DNA of 64,000 nt, taken from a virus. Each line of letters opens with the position of its first letter. Positions within the stretch are counted from its first letter, which is position 1. The notes under the pieces were generated by a model. The model was not told the DNA's origin, ran no database searches, and saw nothing but the letters and a program-made list of their open reading frames with translations. The stretch is from positions 1 to 64,000 of IMG/VR virus record IMGVR_UViG_3300023174_000100; one strand, 5' to 3'. This document shows, one piece after another, positions 28,341 through 38,209 of the stretch. A program made the position numbers and the translations under genes.

Positions 28341-30447
28341 AAGACCTATTCCGGAAAAAGTAAAAAAAGTTTTAGAATCTAGATATGGTCTTTATTCTGA
28401 AGGAAGTAAGTCCGATAGTTTAGTTTATTATAAACCAAAAACTAGAAATACTGCTTATTGCTTAATAACAAAACAAGGAATAACGGTATCTTCTAGGGAA
28501 GATACCTTTGAACAAACTTATAATCCTTCTTCTCTAAAACCTAAACCTAATTTAATAAGAGCTGAGATAGAAAGAATAGGTAACGATGCATCTCTTGTTA
28601 ATTTATCTATGCGAATTAGGGCTACTATTGAGGTTTATAGCATTTCCGATTTCATAAAATATTCTGAAATTTTTTGCATAAATGACCCAGTAAATAAATT
28701 ATCTATAACATTTGCATACGCTAGTTCATTTGATAACTGTCCTCAATACACTGTATCAGGTTGTTTTATAGCATACGGAACTTGGCAAAGCACTAATGAA
28801 AATTATTATCAACTATCATTTGAGGCAATAGGACCAGGAGAAGTCTTTTCCACAATAGATATTGGATTATCAGGTATATGGGAGTCAGATGATTTACACT
28901 ATAAGAATCATAAATCATTTTTTCAAAAGTATGAAGACGGAAAGGTTTCAGGATATTATGAACTTATGCTATATGACGCTCAAAAATCAGGTGCTTTTTT
29001 AACAGACACTATAGCGGATGGGGATATTGTACCATATAAAACTATAAATAGTTATGCCGTAGATGTTGTTCCTAATATCGAATATTTAAATTTCAGAAAC
29101 TCTCTAACAAAATACGATATAGTTGTTTATCAACCAGTTGAGGGAAAAATTCTAAGCCCGGATCCGGAAGAAATACCTTCAGCTCAGACAAGTACCGATG
29201 AGTATTTTACTTTGCAGTATATTGTAGATAGGTTAATAAATGAATTTTCTTTGTATCCGTTTTATAAAAAATATACCGATACAGATTCTAAAGTAAAAGA
29301 TGTATATATTGGATTTGCAGCTAAACCTAGATGCTCCACAATATCAAGGAATCAAAACGCGGTAAGATCCTGCGATCCTAAAAAAATATTAATATTAGGT
29401 GGGGGAGCAGGTAATTATACACTAAAAAGTGACCGCAGCAAAGGTAAAAACTATGAAAAAGTTATAGGTTATTTTGACGGTCTTAAATCACATTATGGAA
29501 ACTATATTGATTACAGAAAAATATTAATTCATAGAAATGTAATATGGGATGCTTTAAAAGCAAACATGCATAATGTAAAAAAACCTAGTGCCGGCGAAAA
29601 TCCAAAAAATGATTTTATAGTGGAAGAATATCTAAGAGTAGATAGGTTTTTAAAAAATATATTTACCGTTATAAGTCAATGCACTGGTGGATTCGTACAA
29701 TTAAGTTTAATTCAAGACGATGGAGGGCAAAAAGATGACGATTTATCAAATCATAAAGTATTAAAAATCGTTCCGGATACTTTTGTTGACGAGGAATTTA
29801 ATATATGGAATTTCGACACACTTAATGGAGATGGTTCTACTAGAGAACTACAAATGACAGCCGAACTACCCTCAACAGATTTGCACGCATCTTTAGTTAA
29901 GAATATATTTAATTCATCAAGAACTGGGCATTCAATAAGAAAAGGTAACTCAAAAGATGGTTTAGATAGTAGAGATTTAAGAATAATAACAGAAAAACTT
30001 TTAGACAACTATTTTAATGATTTAATGCCTAGGACATATTATAGCGAAGAAAGTTGTGATGCTGCTAGGAATTTATTATCTAGCTTAAATAGAGGCAGGT
30101 CTACAGAGTCATTAGTTGAAAATAATCAGTATTTATGGTTGATGAAAATGGTTGTTAGAATGGATGGAGTAGGAGGTTGGAGAATTGGACATCATGTAAA
30201 TAGCAACACAGTACCCCCTAGTTTTACTACAGACAGAAACATAGCTTTTGTCATAACTAGAGTTCATCATGTGATAGAAAATCAAGATTGGCAAACTGAA
30301 TTGGATTGTATTTGTACCGTAGTACCTCCGGGAACAGAAGTTATAGGACCGGGAGGAAATTCAGGAAAAAAAACAGGAGTCCCAGCATCAAATACAGGAT
30401 GGGGAGGTGGCGCCTCTAGCGGAAGAGGGGCCGGAGGTAGTTTTTAG
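28324..30447 (+). CDS. Putative baseplate hub protein
   Basis: 707 aa after the LysM gene; C-terminal MDGVGGWRIG...FVITRVHHVI...WQTEL resembles hub proteins. Confidence 0.6.
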   Translation: MAPPFRRPIPEKVKKVLESRYGLYSEGSKSDSLVYYKPKTRNTAYCLITKQGITVSSREDTFEQTYNPSSLKPKPNLIRAEIERIGNDASLVNLSMRIRATIEVYSISDFIKYSEIFCINDPVNKLSITFAYASSFDNCPQYTVSGCFIAYGTWQSTNENYYQLSFEAIGPGEVFSTIDIGLSGIWESDDLHYKNHKSFFQKYEDGKVSGYYELMLYDAQKSGAFLTDTIADGDIVPYKTINSYAVDVVPNIEYLNFRNSLTKYDIVVYQPVEGKILSPDPEEIPSAQTSTDEYFTLQYIVDRLINEFSLYPFYKKYTDTDSKVKDVYIGFAAKPRCSTISRNQNAVRSCDPKKILILGGGAGNYTLKSDRSKGKNYEKVIGYFDGLKSHYGNYIDYRKILIHRNVIWDALKANMHNVKKPSAGENPKNDFIVEEYLRVDRFLKNIFTVISQCTGGFVQLSLIQDDGGQKDDDLSNHKVLKIVPDTFVDEEFNIWNFDTLNGDGSTRELQMTAELPSTDLHASLVKNIFNSSRTGHSIRKGNSKDGLDSRDLRIITEKLLDNYFNDLMPRTYYSEESCDAARNLLSSLNRGRSTESLVENNQYLWLMKMVVRMDGVGGWRIGHHVNSNTVPPSFTTDRNIAFVITRVHHVIENQDWQTELDCICTVVPPGTEVIGPGGNSGKKTGVPASNTGWGGGASSGRGAGGSF

Positions 30448-30471
30448 AATGCTAATAAAAATAAAATAATC

Positions 30472-30990
30472 ATGGCTAATTTTTTTTATACAGAGGGTAA
30501 TTTTTTGTGGGATGAAGATAACAAGCCGTATAAAGGATATTATTTTTATGTGAACAGAATACCATACGCCGGTATAAATGAAAGAGATATTAGAAAAAGA
30601 TTATTTTTAGAATACGAATTTAAAAGAAGAGTGTATTCTTCACTTGGTTTAGAACCCATGGTAGAATATATAAATTTAAACCCATACACTCCGACAAAAG
30701 ATAAAATAGAAGAATTAGACCCTTATTTCAAGAGATATTTCTACCAAAAAAGAGTAAAGCCTATAAAATCTATTCTAGAAATAAGTCCAGAAGATTATTT
30801 TTCTGCTAAAAATTTGGAAATTAATAAAAATAGACTTATATTTGCCGAAGTCTATTGGAAAGTTCGCGGAGACAAAAATAAGATAGCTCAAATAAATAGA
30901 AACGAAATTATAAACGCGGATAAAACTTTTCCAGGACTTAAGAGGTTTATTGTAAATTATAATGAGTTTTATATAAATGATGGTTATTGA
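30472..30990 (+). CDS. Hypothetical protein at end of baseplate module
   Basis: YTEG...YKGYY and FKRYFYQK segments; 172 aa. Confidence 0.6.
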   Translation: MANFFYTEGNFLWDEDNKPYKGYYFYVNRIPYAGINERDIRKRLFLEYEFKRRVYSSLGLEPMVEYINLNPYTPTKDKIEELDPYFKRYFYQKRVKPIKSILEISPEDYFSAKNLEINKNRLIFAEVYWKVRGDKNKIAQINRNEIINADKTFPGLKRFIVNYNEFYINDGY

Positions 30991-32311
30991 AAACGAGATT
31001 CAGCTAAAGCAGATTCAGACTGATTTTTCCGGTTCTTTTGTATTTCCTGTTCCCAAAAATATGTCAAATTTTTCGGAGGGACTCTCATTACTATTTATAC
31101 ATGATTATAAAACTAATGATTCTTATTCTATAGCATTAGAACATCAAGAATTTAAATCTAACATTACATTAGATGTATTAAAATCATTATTATCATTTAA
31201 TTATGTCATTGCATCTTCTAAATACATCTTTGATTATTATTTCCCCAGTAAATTTTCTACAGAGTTTCCATTACTATATTGGCTAAATAATGGAGACACA
31301 AATTATATAGAAGATTTATACAGTTTTTCATCTAAGTTCAAAAGATTTTATTATCCATCTACATTATATAACATGTACATACCATATTACATGTTTGTTA
31401 AATGTTTTAATAGTCAAGTATCATTTTTATCTATATTGGAAAAAAAATCTAATGTCATTGAAAAATATACATCAATTTTATCATGTTTAAATCATATTAG
31501 AGATAATGGAATTTATATTGATATCCCCCAAATAAATCAAGCCTATAATAAGAAATTAACTGAATCTTTATTACATCCTAAATATTCCCTCTACAACGCC
31601 ACAGGAAGACCCGTAGGGACATGTAAAGGGATTAACCTTAGTGCTATACCAAAAGATGAAGAACATCGCTTAGGATTCATTTCTAGGCATGATAAGGGAA
31701 TGTTAGTTGAATTTGATATTAAATCATTTCATTTATATCTGATTGCAAAGGCTAACGGATTTAAATTGAAAAAAGATGATATTCATATGTATTTAGCCAA
31801 GATGTATTTTAATAAAGATATTATTTCCCCGCAAGAATATGATGAAGCAAAAAAAATAACATTTACTAATATTTATTCTGAAAGAGGAGAAGCCAAAAAA
31901 ATTCCATTCTTTGATGAGTTGTACAAGTATAGAGATAATATTTATAAAGAGATGGTCGAAAATAAAGAGATAGAAGTTCCATATTGCGCTAGGACTTTAA
32001 AACTAAAAAATCTAAAAGATGACTACTCTTACACAAAAGGAAAATTATTTTCTTATGTTATACAATTAATGGAAGTTGAACATTTTTTTGACATTATAAA
32101 AAAAATTATTGTATATTTGCAGTCGAAGAAAACAAAAATTGTATTATATGTTTATGATTCCTTTTTATTAGATTTCGATAGAGAAGATGGATTAGAAACT
32201 TTAAAAGGAATACAAAAAATTATTAATGATTCTGGTTTTATCTCTTCTGTGAAAATTGGAAAAAATTACTTTAACATGAAATCTTTTGATTTGGAAAACG
32301 TGAAAGCATGA
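30977..32311 (+). CDS. Short, divergent family-A DNA polymerase-like protein with no recognisable exonuclease motifs
   Basis: ATGRP...INLSAIPK, motif A VEFDIKSFH, DIH, motif B EAKKITFTNIY, motif C LYVYDSFLLD. Confidence 0.75.
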   Translation: MMVIENEIQLKQIQTDFSGSFVFPVPKNMSNFSEGLSLLFIHDYKTNDSYSIALEHQEFKSNITLDVLKSLLSFNYVIASSKYIFDYYFPSKFSTEFPLLYWLNNGDTNYIEDLYSFSSKFKRFYYPSTLYNMYIPYYMFVKCFNSQVSFLSILEKKSNVIEKYTSILSCLNHIRDNGIYIDIPQINQAYNKKLTESLLHPKYSLYNATGRPVGTCKGINLSAIPKDEEHRLGFISRHDKGMLVEFDIKSFHLYLIAKANGFKLKKDDIHMYLAKMYFNKDIISPQEYDEAKKITFTNIYSERGEAKKIPFFDELYKYRDNIYKEMVENKEIEVPYCARTLKLKNLKDDYSYTKGKLFSYVIQLMEVEHFFDIIKKIIVYLQSKKTKIVLYVYDSFLLDFDREDGLETLKGIQKIINDSGFISSVKIGKNYFNMKSFDLENVKA

Positions 32312-32718
32312 TTGAGAGAAAACCTACAAAACTACTGTGTACATTTTGTCATCCACATTTTATAGAAAGTACATTGAAGACAATTAAAAACACTTACGAA
32401 ATAACTAACGATAGTGTATTTGTTTTTAGAAATGCGTCTGATAATGATGAACTTATATTAAGCTATAATGTTATTAGAGAGGATAATTTTATTTTATTGC
32501 CGTCCACTCTAATGTTACATAGAAATAAAGAAACAGGTACTTTATTTACTCTGAATGGTTTAAATAGACTAATCGAAAAGTCAAATAATGGTAAACTTGA
32601 TGTTAACTACAAAATTGACTGGGATTATTATGAGAATTGTTTAATAGTAACCGGTTCTGATGGATTAAGATTGATAGACCTAAAGTTTCTATATAAAAAG
32701 AATATTTCTAACATTTAA
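32308..32718 (+). CDS. Hypothetical protein in replication block
   Basis: LLCTF and LHRNKETGTLFTLNGLN segments; overlapping start/stop with the upstream gene. Confidence 0.65.
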   Translation: MIERKPTKLLCTFCHPHFIESTLKTIKNTYEITNDSVFVFRNASDNDELILSYNVIREDNFILLPSTLMLHRNKETGTLFTLNGLNRLIEKSNNGKLDVNYKIDWDYYENCLIVTGSDGLRLIDLKFLYKKNISNI

Positions 32719-32729
32719 AATACATAGTT

Positions 32730-33596
32730 ATGAGTAATTTTGCAGAACGTTTCAAGCAAGAAGCGAACAGACTTTCTACCTCTACATCTCCTAACAAAAA
32801 GAGAGGTAAAAACATTTTTGATTTTATTTGGAGACCTACATCCGGTTCTACTACTATTAGAATTGTACCAAACAAAAAAGATCCTGAATGGCCCTTTTAC
32901 ATGGTTTATATTCATGGTAGAGATTACACCACAAAGATAGGTTTAGCAAATTACGAGTTTGTATCTCCTAAATCTTTCCAAAAAGAAGATCCGGCTGAAT
33001 TATTTGCTAATAATCTTTACAGACAGGACTACGAGAACAACAAGCAATTTATTAAATATTTTTCTCCTCAAAAATTTTACTATATTCCAATTCTAATAAG
33101 AGGTAAGGAGTCTAGTGGAATAAAAGTATGGCCTGTAAACACAAAGACCTACGAGAAGATATTTAATATTATAAGTACCATTTATGAAGACGAAGGAGAG
33201 GAATCATCTAAAATATTTGACTTAAAAAGAGGTACTGACTTGGTTATAACTAAACCATCTACCGGAGGAGTTGAAATTACTGCGAAGAGAAGTCCGTCTA
33301 ATATTATTGAGCGCGCTGAAGACGGATATACCATGGATGACTTTAAAAGACAATACGATGAAATTGGTAATATTGAGGAATTATATGTTACCCACACAAA
33401 AGAAGAGATTGAAAAGATGGTTACTTCTTTAGCTGGCAGCTTGTTTGCAAAAAGTAAGGCACCGGAATCTAATGAAATTATAAGAGGTGGAGGTGCCCCT
33501 AAATCTGTCGAGGAACCTAGTAAAAAACAACTAGATAAACCAGAGGCCACTAAATCTCTTGAAGACGATTTTTCTAAATTTCTAGACTCTATATAA
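32730..33596 (+). CDS. Single-stranded DNA-binding protein (T4 gp32-like)
   Basis: WRPTSGSTTIRIVP, FDLKRGTDL and acidic C-terminal tail LEDDFSKFLDSI; precedes recA. Confidence 0.75.
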   Translation: MSNFAERFKQEANRLSTSTSPNKKRGKNIFDFIWRPTSGSTTIRIVPNKKDPEWPFYMVYIHGRDYTTKIGLANYEFVSPKSFQKEDPAELFANNLYRQDYENNKQFIKYFSPQKFYYIPILIRGKESSGIKVWPVNTKTYEKIFNIISTIYEDEGEESSKIFDLKRGTDLVITKPSTGGVEITAKRSPSNIIERAEDGYTMDDFKRQYDEIGNIEELYVTHTKEEIEKMVTSLAGSLFAKSKAPESNEIIRGGGAPKSVEEPSKKQLDKPEATKSLEDDFSKFLDSI

Positions 33597-33609
33597 AAAA
33601 AAATAAATT

Positions 33610-34788
33610 ATGGCAAAAAAGAAGGAATCCTCTCAAGAGAGGACTGACACCTCATTCGCATCATCTATCATAGATGCAATAAATGCTAAGTACAAAAAGG
33701 ATATTGGTACTGTAGCTTACAAACTAGAAGATTCTGTTTTAGCTCCTACTAATGTAAGTGATTTTGTTTCTACTGGATGTACTACTTTAGACATGGCTAT
33801 TTCCAATAGAGTTAACGGAGGTTATCCTGTAGGAAAAATAGTTGAATTAATTGGATTAGAACAATCAGGTAAGTCTCTACTAGCGGCTCATGCTATTAAA
33901 GAGACTCAAAAGAAAGGAGGAATAGGAATTATTATCGATACGGAAAGTTCCGTGAGTAAAGATTTTCTAAGAGCAATAGGAGTTGATTTAACAAAAAACT
34001 TTGTCTATGTCCAACACGAAGTCATCGAGGATGTTTTTAACTCCGTAGAAACAATTATTGAGCAAACTAGAGCATCTAATAAAGATGTCATTGTAACAAT
34101 TGTAGTAGATTCTGTTATGGGAGCTAGTACAAAAGATGAAATTGAAGGAAATTACGATAAAGATGGATGGGCAACTCAAAAAGCTATTATAATTTCCAAA
34201 GCTATGAGAAAATTAACAAACTTATTAGGCAGAGAAAAAATACTTCTTATATTTACTAATCAGCTGAGACAAAATTTACAGGCTTTACCAGGACGAGGAG
34301 ATTCATACACTACATCAGGGGGTAAGGCAATCGGATTTCATTCTACTATTCGAGTAAAATTAGTTAAAAAAGGAAAGATACAAGGCCCGGAAAAAGATTT
34401 ACCTTTAGGAGTTACTACTGAAGCAGAAATTATTAAAAACAGAATTGGTCCCCCACATAGAAAAGCATCTTTTAATATTATGTATAATTCAGGAATTGAT
34501 GATGTTAGTTCAATTATGGACTTTTTAAAAGACAAGGGCTTAGCGACGTCTTCTGGCGCTTGGTATACTTACAAGTATTGTAACAAAGAAACCGGCGAAA
34601 TACTAGAAGACATAAGATTTCAAAGAAAAGATTTTTATGATAAGCTTTTTTCTAGAGAAGAAATTAGAAAAGACATTTTAGCTAATATATCGGAATACTA
34701 TATTACTACTTATGTGAATAGAAATGTAGCAGACGAAGGAGATTCTACACCTTTTGTTCACATAGAAGAATCAGGAGATGACTATTGA
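33610..34788 (+). CDS. recA: RecA/UvsX recombinase
   Basis: STGCTTLD, GLEQSGKS Walker A, IDTE, VVDSV, FTNQLR, SGGKAIGFH, KNRIGPP and SGAWY motifs. Confidence 0.95.
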   Translation: MAKKKESSQERTDTSFASSIIDAINAKYKKDIGTVAYKLEDSVLAPTNVSDFVSTGCTTLDMAISNRVNGGYPVGKIVELIGLEQSGKSLLAAHAIKETQKKGGIGIIIDTESSVSKDFLRAIGVDLTKNFVYVQHEVIEDVFNSVETIIEQTRASNKDVIVTIVVDSVMGASTKDEIEGNYDKDGWATQKAIIISKAMRKLTNLLGREKILLIFTNQLRQNLQALPGRGDSYTTSGGKAIGFHSTIRVKLVKKGKIQGPEKDLPLGVTTEAEIIKNRIGPPHRKASFNIMYNSGIDDVSSIMDFLKDKGLATSSGAWYTYKYCNKETGEILEDIRFQRKDFYDKLFSREEIRKDILANISEYYITTYVNRNVADEGDSTPFVHIEESGDDY

Positions 34789-35800
34789 TGTATCAAAATT
34801 ATTAGATAATCATAGGTTTTTATCTAATGAAAAAACAGTTCTTATAATAGATGGTACAAACTTGTTTGTTAGATGTTTTTGCGCTTATCCTACTTTAAAT
34901 ACTGACGGACATACTATTGGAGGTGCCTTTGGATTTATAGAAACTATGTTTTCTTTTGTTAAAACTTATAATATAAACAAAGTAATAATAGTCTTTGATG
35001 GTCAAGGAGGATCAGTAAGAAGAAGAAAAATGTATAAAGGCTATAAATCCGGAAAACATAAAGGTTTAAAACTAAATAGACTAGTAGAAAATAAATCGGA
35101 AAGTACTGATAAGGAGTCTGACAGACAAATAAGAAGACTTATTGAGTATTTAAACAGCTTACCACTAGTTCAATTAATCATGGACGGAGTAGAAGCAGAT
35201 GATGTAATTTCTATCCTAGTAAAGTCTTCCGAACTAGAAGATTATAAGTATAAATTTATAATGTCTTCGGATAAAGATTACCTCCAACTAGTATCAGAAA
35301 ACATACAAGTTTATAACCCAACAAAAAAAATACTATATTCTCCAAAAAAAGTTGTGGAAGAATTTGGAGTTATACCGGAAAACTTCGTATATTACAAAGC
35401 TTTTATAGGAGACCGTAGTGATAATATTCCTAGCTTTGGATCAGTGGGAGAAAAGTATATTGTTAAGTTTTTTCCTGAAATACAAAAAGGTAAGATAGAT
35501 AATATAGATTTCTTTTATAGAAGAGCCAAGGATTTGATTTCAGAAGGTAAAAAATATAAAGGACTTGATAATATTATAAATGATTTCAACAAGCTAGAAT
35601 TGAATTATAAATTGATTCAATTACATGATGTTAATATATCTTATCATACTAAAAGTGCTATAAGTAGAATACTTAGAGAATTTGTACCTATAAGCCATGA
35701 TTATGAATTTAGAGAAATGTTTTCTTTCGACGGACTTTATTCTAAAATAGATAATTTTGATTCTTGGTATAGGAATTTTGTAAACAGATTAAAATCATAA
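34778..35800 (+). CDS. 5'-3' exonuclease/flap endonuclease (T4 RNase H-like)
   Basis: IIDGTN, VFDG, YKSGK, EADD, SSDKDYLQL and GDRSDNIP motifs. Confidence 0.93.
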   Translation: MTIDVSKLLDNHRFLSNEKTVLIIDGTNLFVRCFCAYPTLNTDGHTIGGAFGFIETMFSFVKTYNINKVIIVFDGQGGSVRRRKMYKGYKSGKHKGLKLNRLVENKSESTDKESDRQIRRLIEYLNSLPLVQLIMDGVEADDVISILVKSSELEDYKYKFIMSSDKDYLQLVSENIQVYNPTKKILYSPKKVVEEFGVIPENFVYYKAFIGDRSDNIPSFGSVGEKYIVKFFPEIQKGKIDNIDFFYRRAKDLISEGKKYKGLDNIINDFNKLELNYKLIQLHDVNISYHTKSAISRILREFVPISHDYEFREMFSFDGLYSKIDNFDSWYRNFVNRLKS

Positions 35801-35802
35801 TA

Positions 35803-37167
35803 ATGACAGCTAATTTATTAAATTCTTTTGGCTCCGATTTCCAAAAGAAAGTTTTGTACAATTTACTTAATGACGAGTTATTTTTTACTCGTATAATTGA
35901 CATCTTAGATCCTAATTATTTCGAGAACGAGTCGATGTCTTGGATAATTGAAAAGATGCACTCCTATTATGAAACCTATAAACTCCAGCCTACCGTAGAT
36001 GTTTTGAAAGTTAATATTAAAGAACTAGCAAACAAAGACGACAACGATTCTCAATCGGAGAGAAATAAAATTTTTGCGCAAAGTATCTTTATATTTTTAA
36101 AATCTTCGTTAGAGTTAGGAGACGCTAAAGATTTACAGCATGTTAAAGATAAAATTGTAGAGTTTTGCAGAAATAGAGAATACGTTAAGGCATTGAGAAA
36201 TGCCGTAGACTTAGTAAAAAATAATGATTTTGACGCCGCTTTCTCTGCTATTAACAAAGCCCACAATGCTGGTTCAGAACTAGATTTAGGCTATATGTAT
36301 GAGGATACACTAGAAAATAGATACACAGAGGACGACAGAAATCCAATACCTACTCCATGGCCTGTATTAAATTCATATATGAGAGGCGGATTATCTTTTG
36401 GAGAATTAGGTGTTGTTTTATGCCCGCCGAAAGGAGGAAAATCCTGGTTATTAATTTCTCTAGCTGCGCATGCAATGGAGTTAGGAGTTAATGTCATCTA
36501 TTATACGATGGAATTATACCCTACTCAGATATCTAAAAGGATTGATGCTTACATTACGGACATTTCTTTAGATAAATTAAATCAAGAAAACATGCCTCTT
36601 ATAGAAAAAAAGATGTCTGATATCCCAGGAAAGCTTATTATAAAAAAATTTGGGGCTTACAAAGCATCTACTATGACTATTAGGGGACATTTAGACCAAT
36701 GTAATCATCAAGGAATTTCGCCGGGACTAATCATTATAGATGACCCTAAATTACTAAAATCAACTAAAACAGAAAAAAGATTTGCATTAGATGAAATCTT
36801 TACAGACATTAGAAATATTGCAGATGAATATAAAGTTCCAGCATGGGTTCCATCTCAAGCAAACAGAACATCAGAATCAGCTAAAATTGTAAATGGAGAA
36901 CACATTGCAGAATCATATAATGTTCTCATGGTATGTGATTTCATGTTTTCATTATCAAGAAAAAACATTTATCACATTGTAGCATCAAGATTAGGAGAAT
37001 TAGGATTATCATTCGAAGGATTATTAGATACACAATGCGGTAAACATCAAATAAATAATATCATGTCAGATGATGATGATAGAGGTCCTGCTCCAAAAAA
37101 TTCAAGTGCTTTTGATCCGGCAGAAGTCGATAGATTTTTTAAAGAATACGAAGAAATTTCAAATTAA
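35803..37167 (+). CDS. dnaB: Replicative helicase (DnaB/T4 gp41-like)
   Basis: GGLSFGELGV, PPKGGKS Walker A, YTMEL, IIIDD, SQANR. Confidence 0.88.
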   Translation: MTANLLNSFGSDFQKKVLYNLLNDELFFTRIIDILDPNYFENESMSWIIEKMHSYYETYKLQPTVDVLKVNIKELANKDDNDSQSERNKIFAQSIFIFLKSSLELGDAKDLQHVKDKIVEFCRNREYVKALRNAVDLVKNNDFDAAFSAINKAHNAGSELDLGYMYEDTLENRYTEDDRNPIPTPWPVLNSYMRGGLSFGELGVVLCPPKGGKSWLLISLAAHAMELGVNVIYYTMELYPTQISKRIDAYITDISLDKLNQENMPLIEKKMSDIPGKLIIKKFGAYKASTMTIRGHLDQCNHQGISPGLIIIDDPKLLKSTKTEKRFALDEIFTDIRNIADEYKVPAWVPSQANRTSESAKIVNGEHIAESYNVLMVCDFMFSLSRKNIYHIVASRLGELGLSFEGLLDTQCGKHQINNIMSDDDDRGPAPKNSSAFDPAEVDRFFKEYEEISN

Positions 37168-37234
37168 TAACTCCACTACTTGAGTACTTATTTTTACTCA
37201 ATCATATTTCAATAAAATTCATAACTTCAACAAC

Positions 37235-38200
37235 ATGCCTTTATTAAAAGAAAGACTGCATTTCAAACCATTTGAGTATCAATGGGCTTATGATTATTGG
37301 TTTAAACAACAAAATGCCCACTGGTTGCATACAGAAATTAATATGCAAAAAGACATCAAAGATTGGGATGAAAATCTTAATCCATCTGAAAAAAATGTCA
37401 TTGGTAACATCTTAAAAGGATTTGCCCAAACTGAAACACATGTAAATGACTATTGGTCTCAATATGTTACTACATGGTTTCCCGTTCCTGAAATTAAGAT
37501 GATGGCAGTAACATTTGGAGCATTTGAAACAATACATGCTACAGCTTATTCATATTTAAATGATACTTTAGGTTTAGATGATTTTCAAGCATTCCTGCAA
37601 GATGAGGCAACAATGAATAAATTGCAAGTTCTTATTGATGTAGATAAAAATGATACATCTATATCTAACATTGCAAGAAGTTTAGCATTATTTTCTGCAT
37701 GCGCCGAAGGTATTCAATTATTTAGTTCTTTTGCAGTCCTCCTCTCATTTAGAAAATCAAACAGACTAAAAGGTATTGGACAACAAATGATATTTTCTGT
37801 AAGAGATGAAAGTTTACATAGCGAAGCTGGATGTAGATTGTTTAGAGAATTGATTGCTGAAAATCCTGAAATATGGACGCCGGAATTTAAAAATAGTATT
37901 ATGCAGGGCATTCATTTGTCCTTAATTAATGAGTTTGCGTACATAGAGAGTATTTTTGAAATGGGAGAATTAGAGACTTTATCAAAACACAATCTCAAGA
38001 ATTTTATGTATGATAGAGCCAATAGAAAATTAATTGAATTAGGACTAAAACCAGTATATAAAGTAGACCAAAAATCAATAGATGATATGTCTTGGTTTTA
38101 CATAATGGTTTCTGGTGAACAACAAACAGACTTCTTCGATAATAGAGAAACCGGATACGCTAAACCTAATGAAGATTGGAACAGCGATGACTTATTTTAA
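37235..38200 (+). CDS. nrdB: Ribonucleotide reductase class I beta subunit
   Basis: FAQTE, ETIHATAY, EGIQLFSSF, RDESLH, DFF motifs. Confidence 0.95.
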   Translation: MPLLKERLHFKPFEYQWAYDYWFKQQNAHWLHTEINMQKDIKDWDENLNPSEKNVIGNILKGFAQTETHVNDYWSQYVTTWFPVPEIKMMAVTFGAFETIHATAYSYLNDTLGLDDFQAFLQDEATMNKLQVLIDVDKNDTSISNIARSLALFSACAEGIQLFSSFAVLLSFRKSNRLKGIGQQMIFSVRDESLHSEAGCRLFRELIAENPEIWTPEFKNSIMQGIHLSLINEFAYIESIFEMGELETLSKHNLKNFMYDRANRKLIELGLKPVYKVDQKSIDDMSWFYIMVSGEQQTDFFDNRETGYAKPNEDWNSDDLF

Positions 38201-38209
38201 ATTATAAAA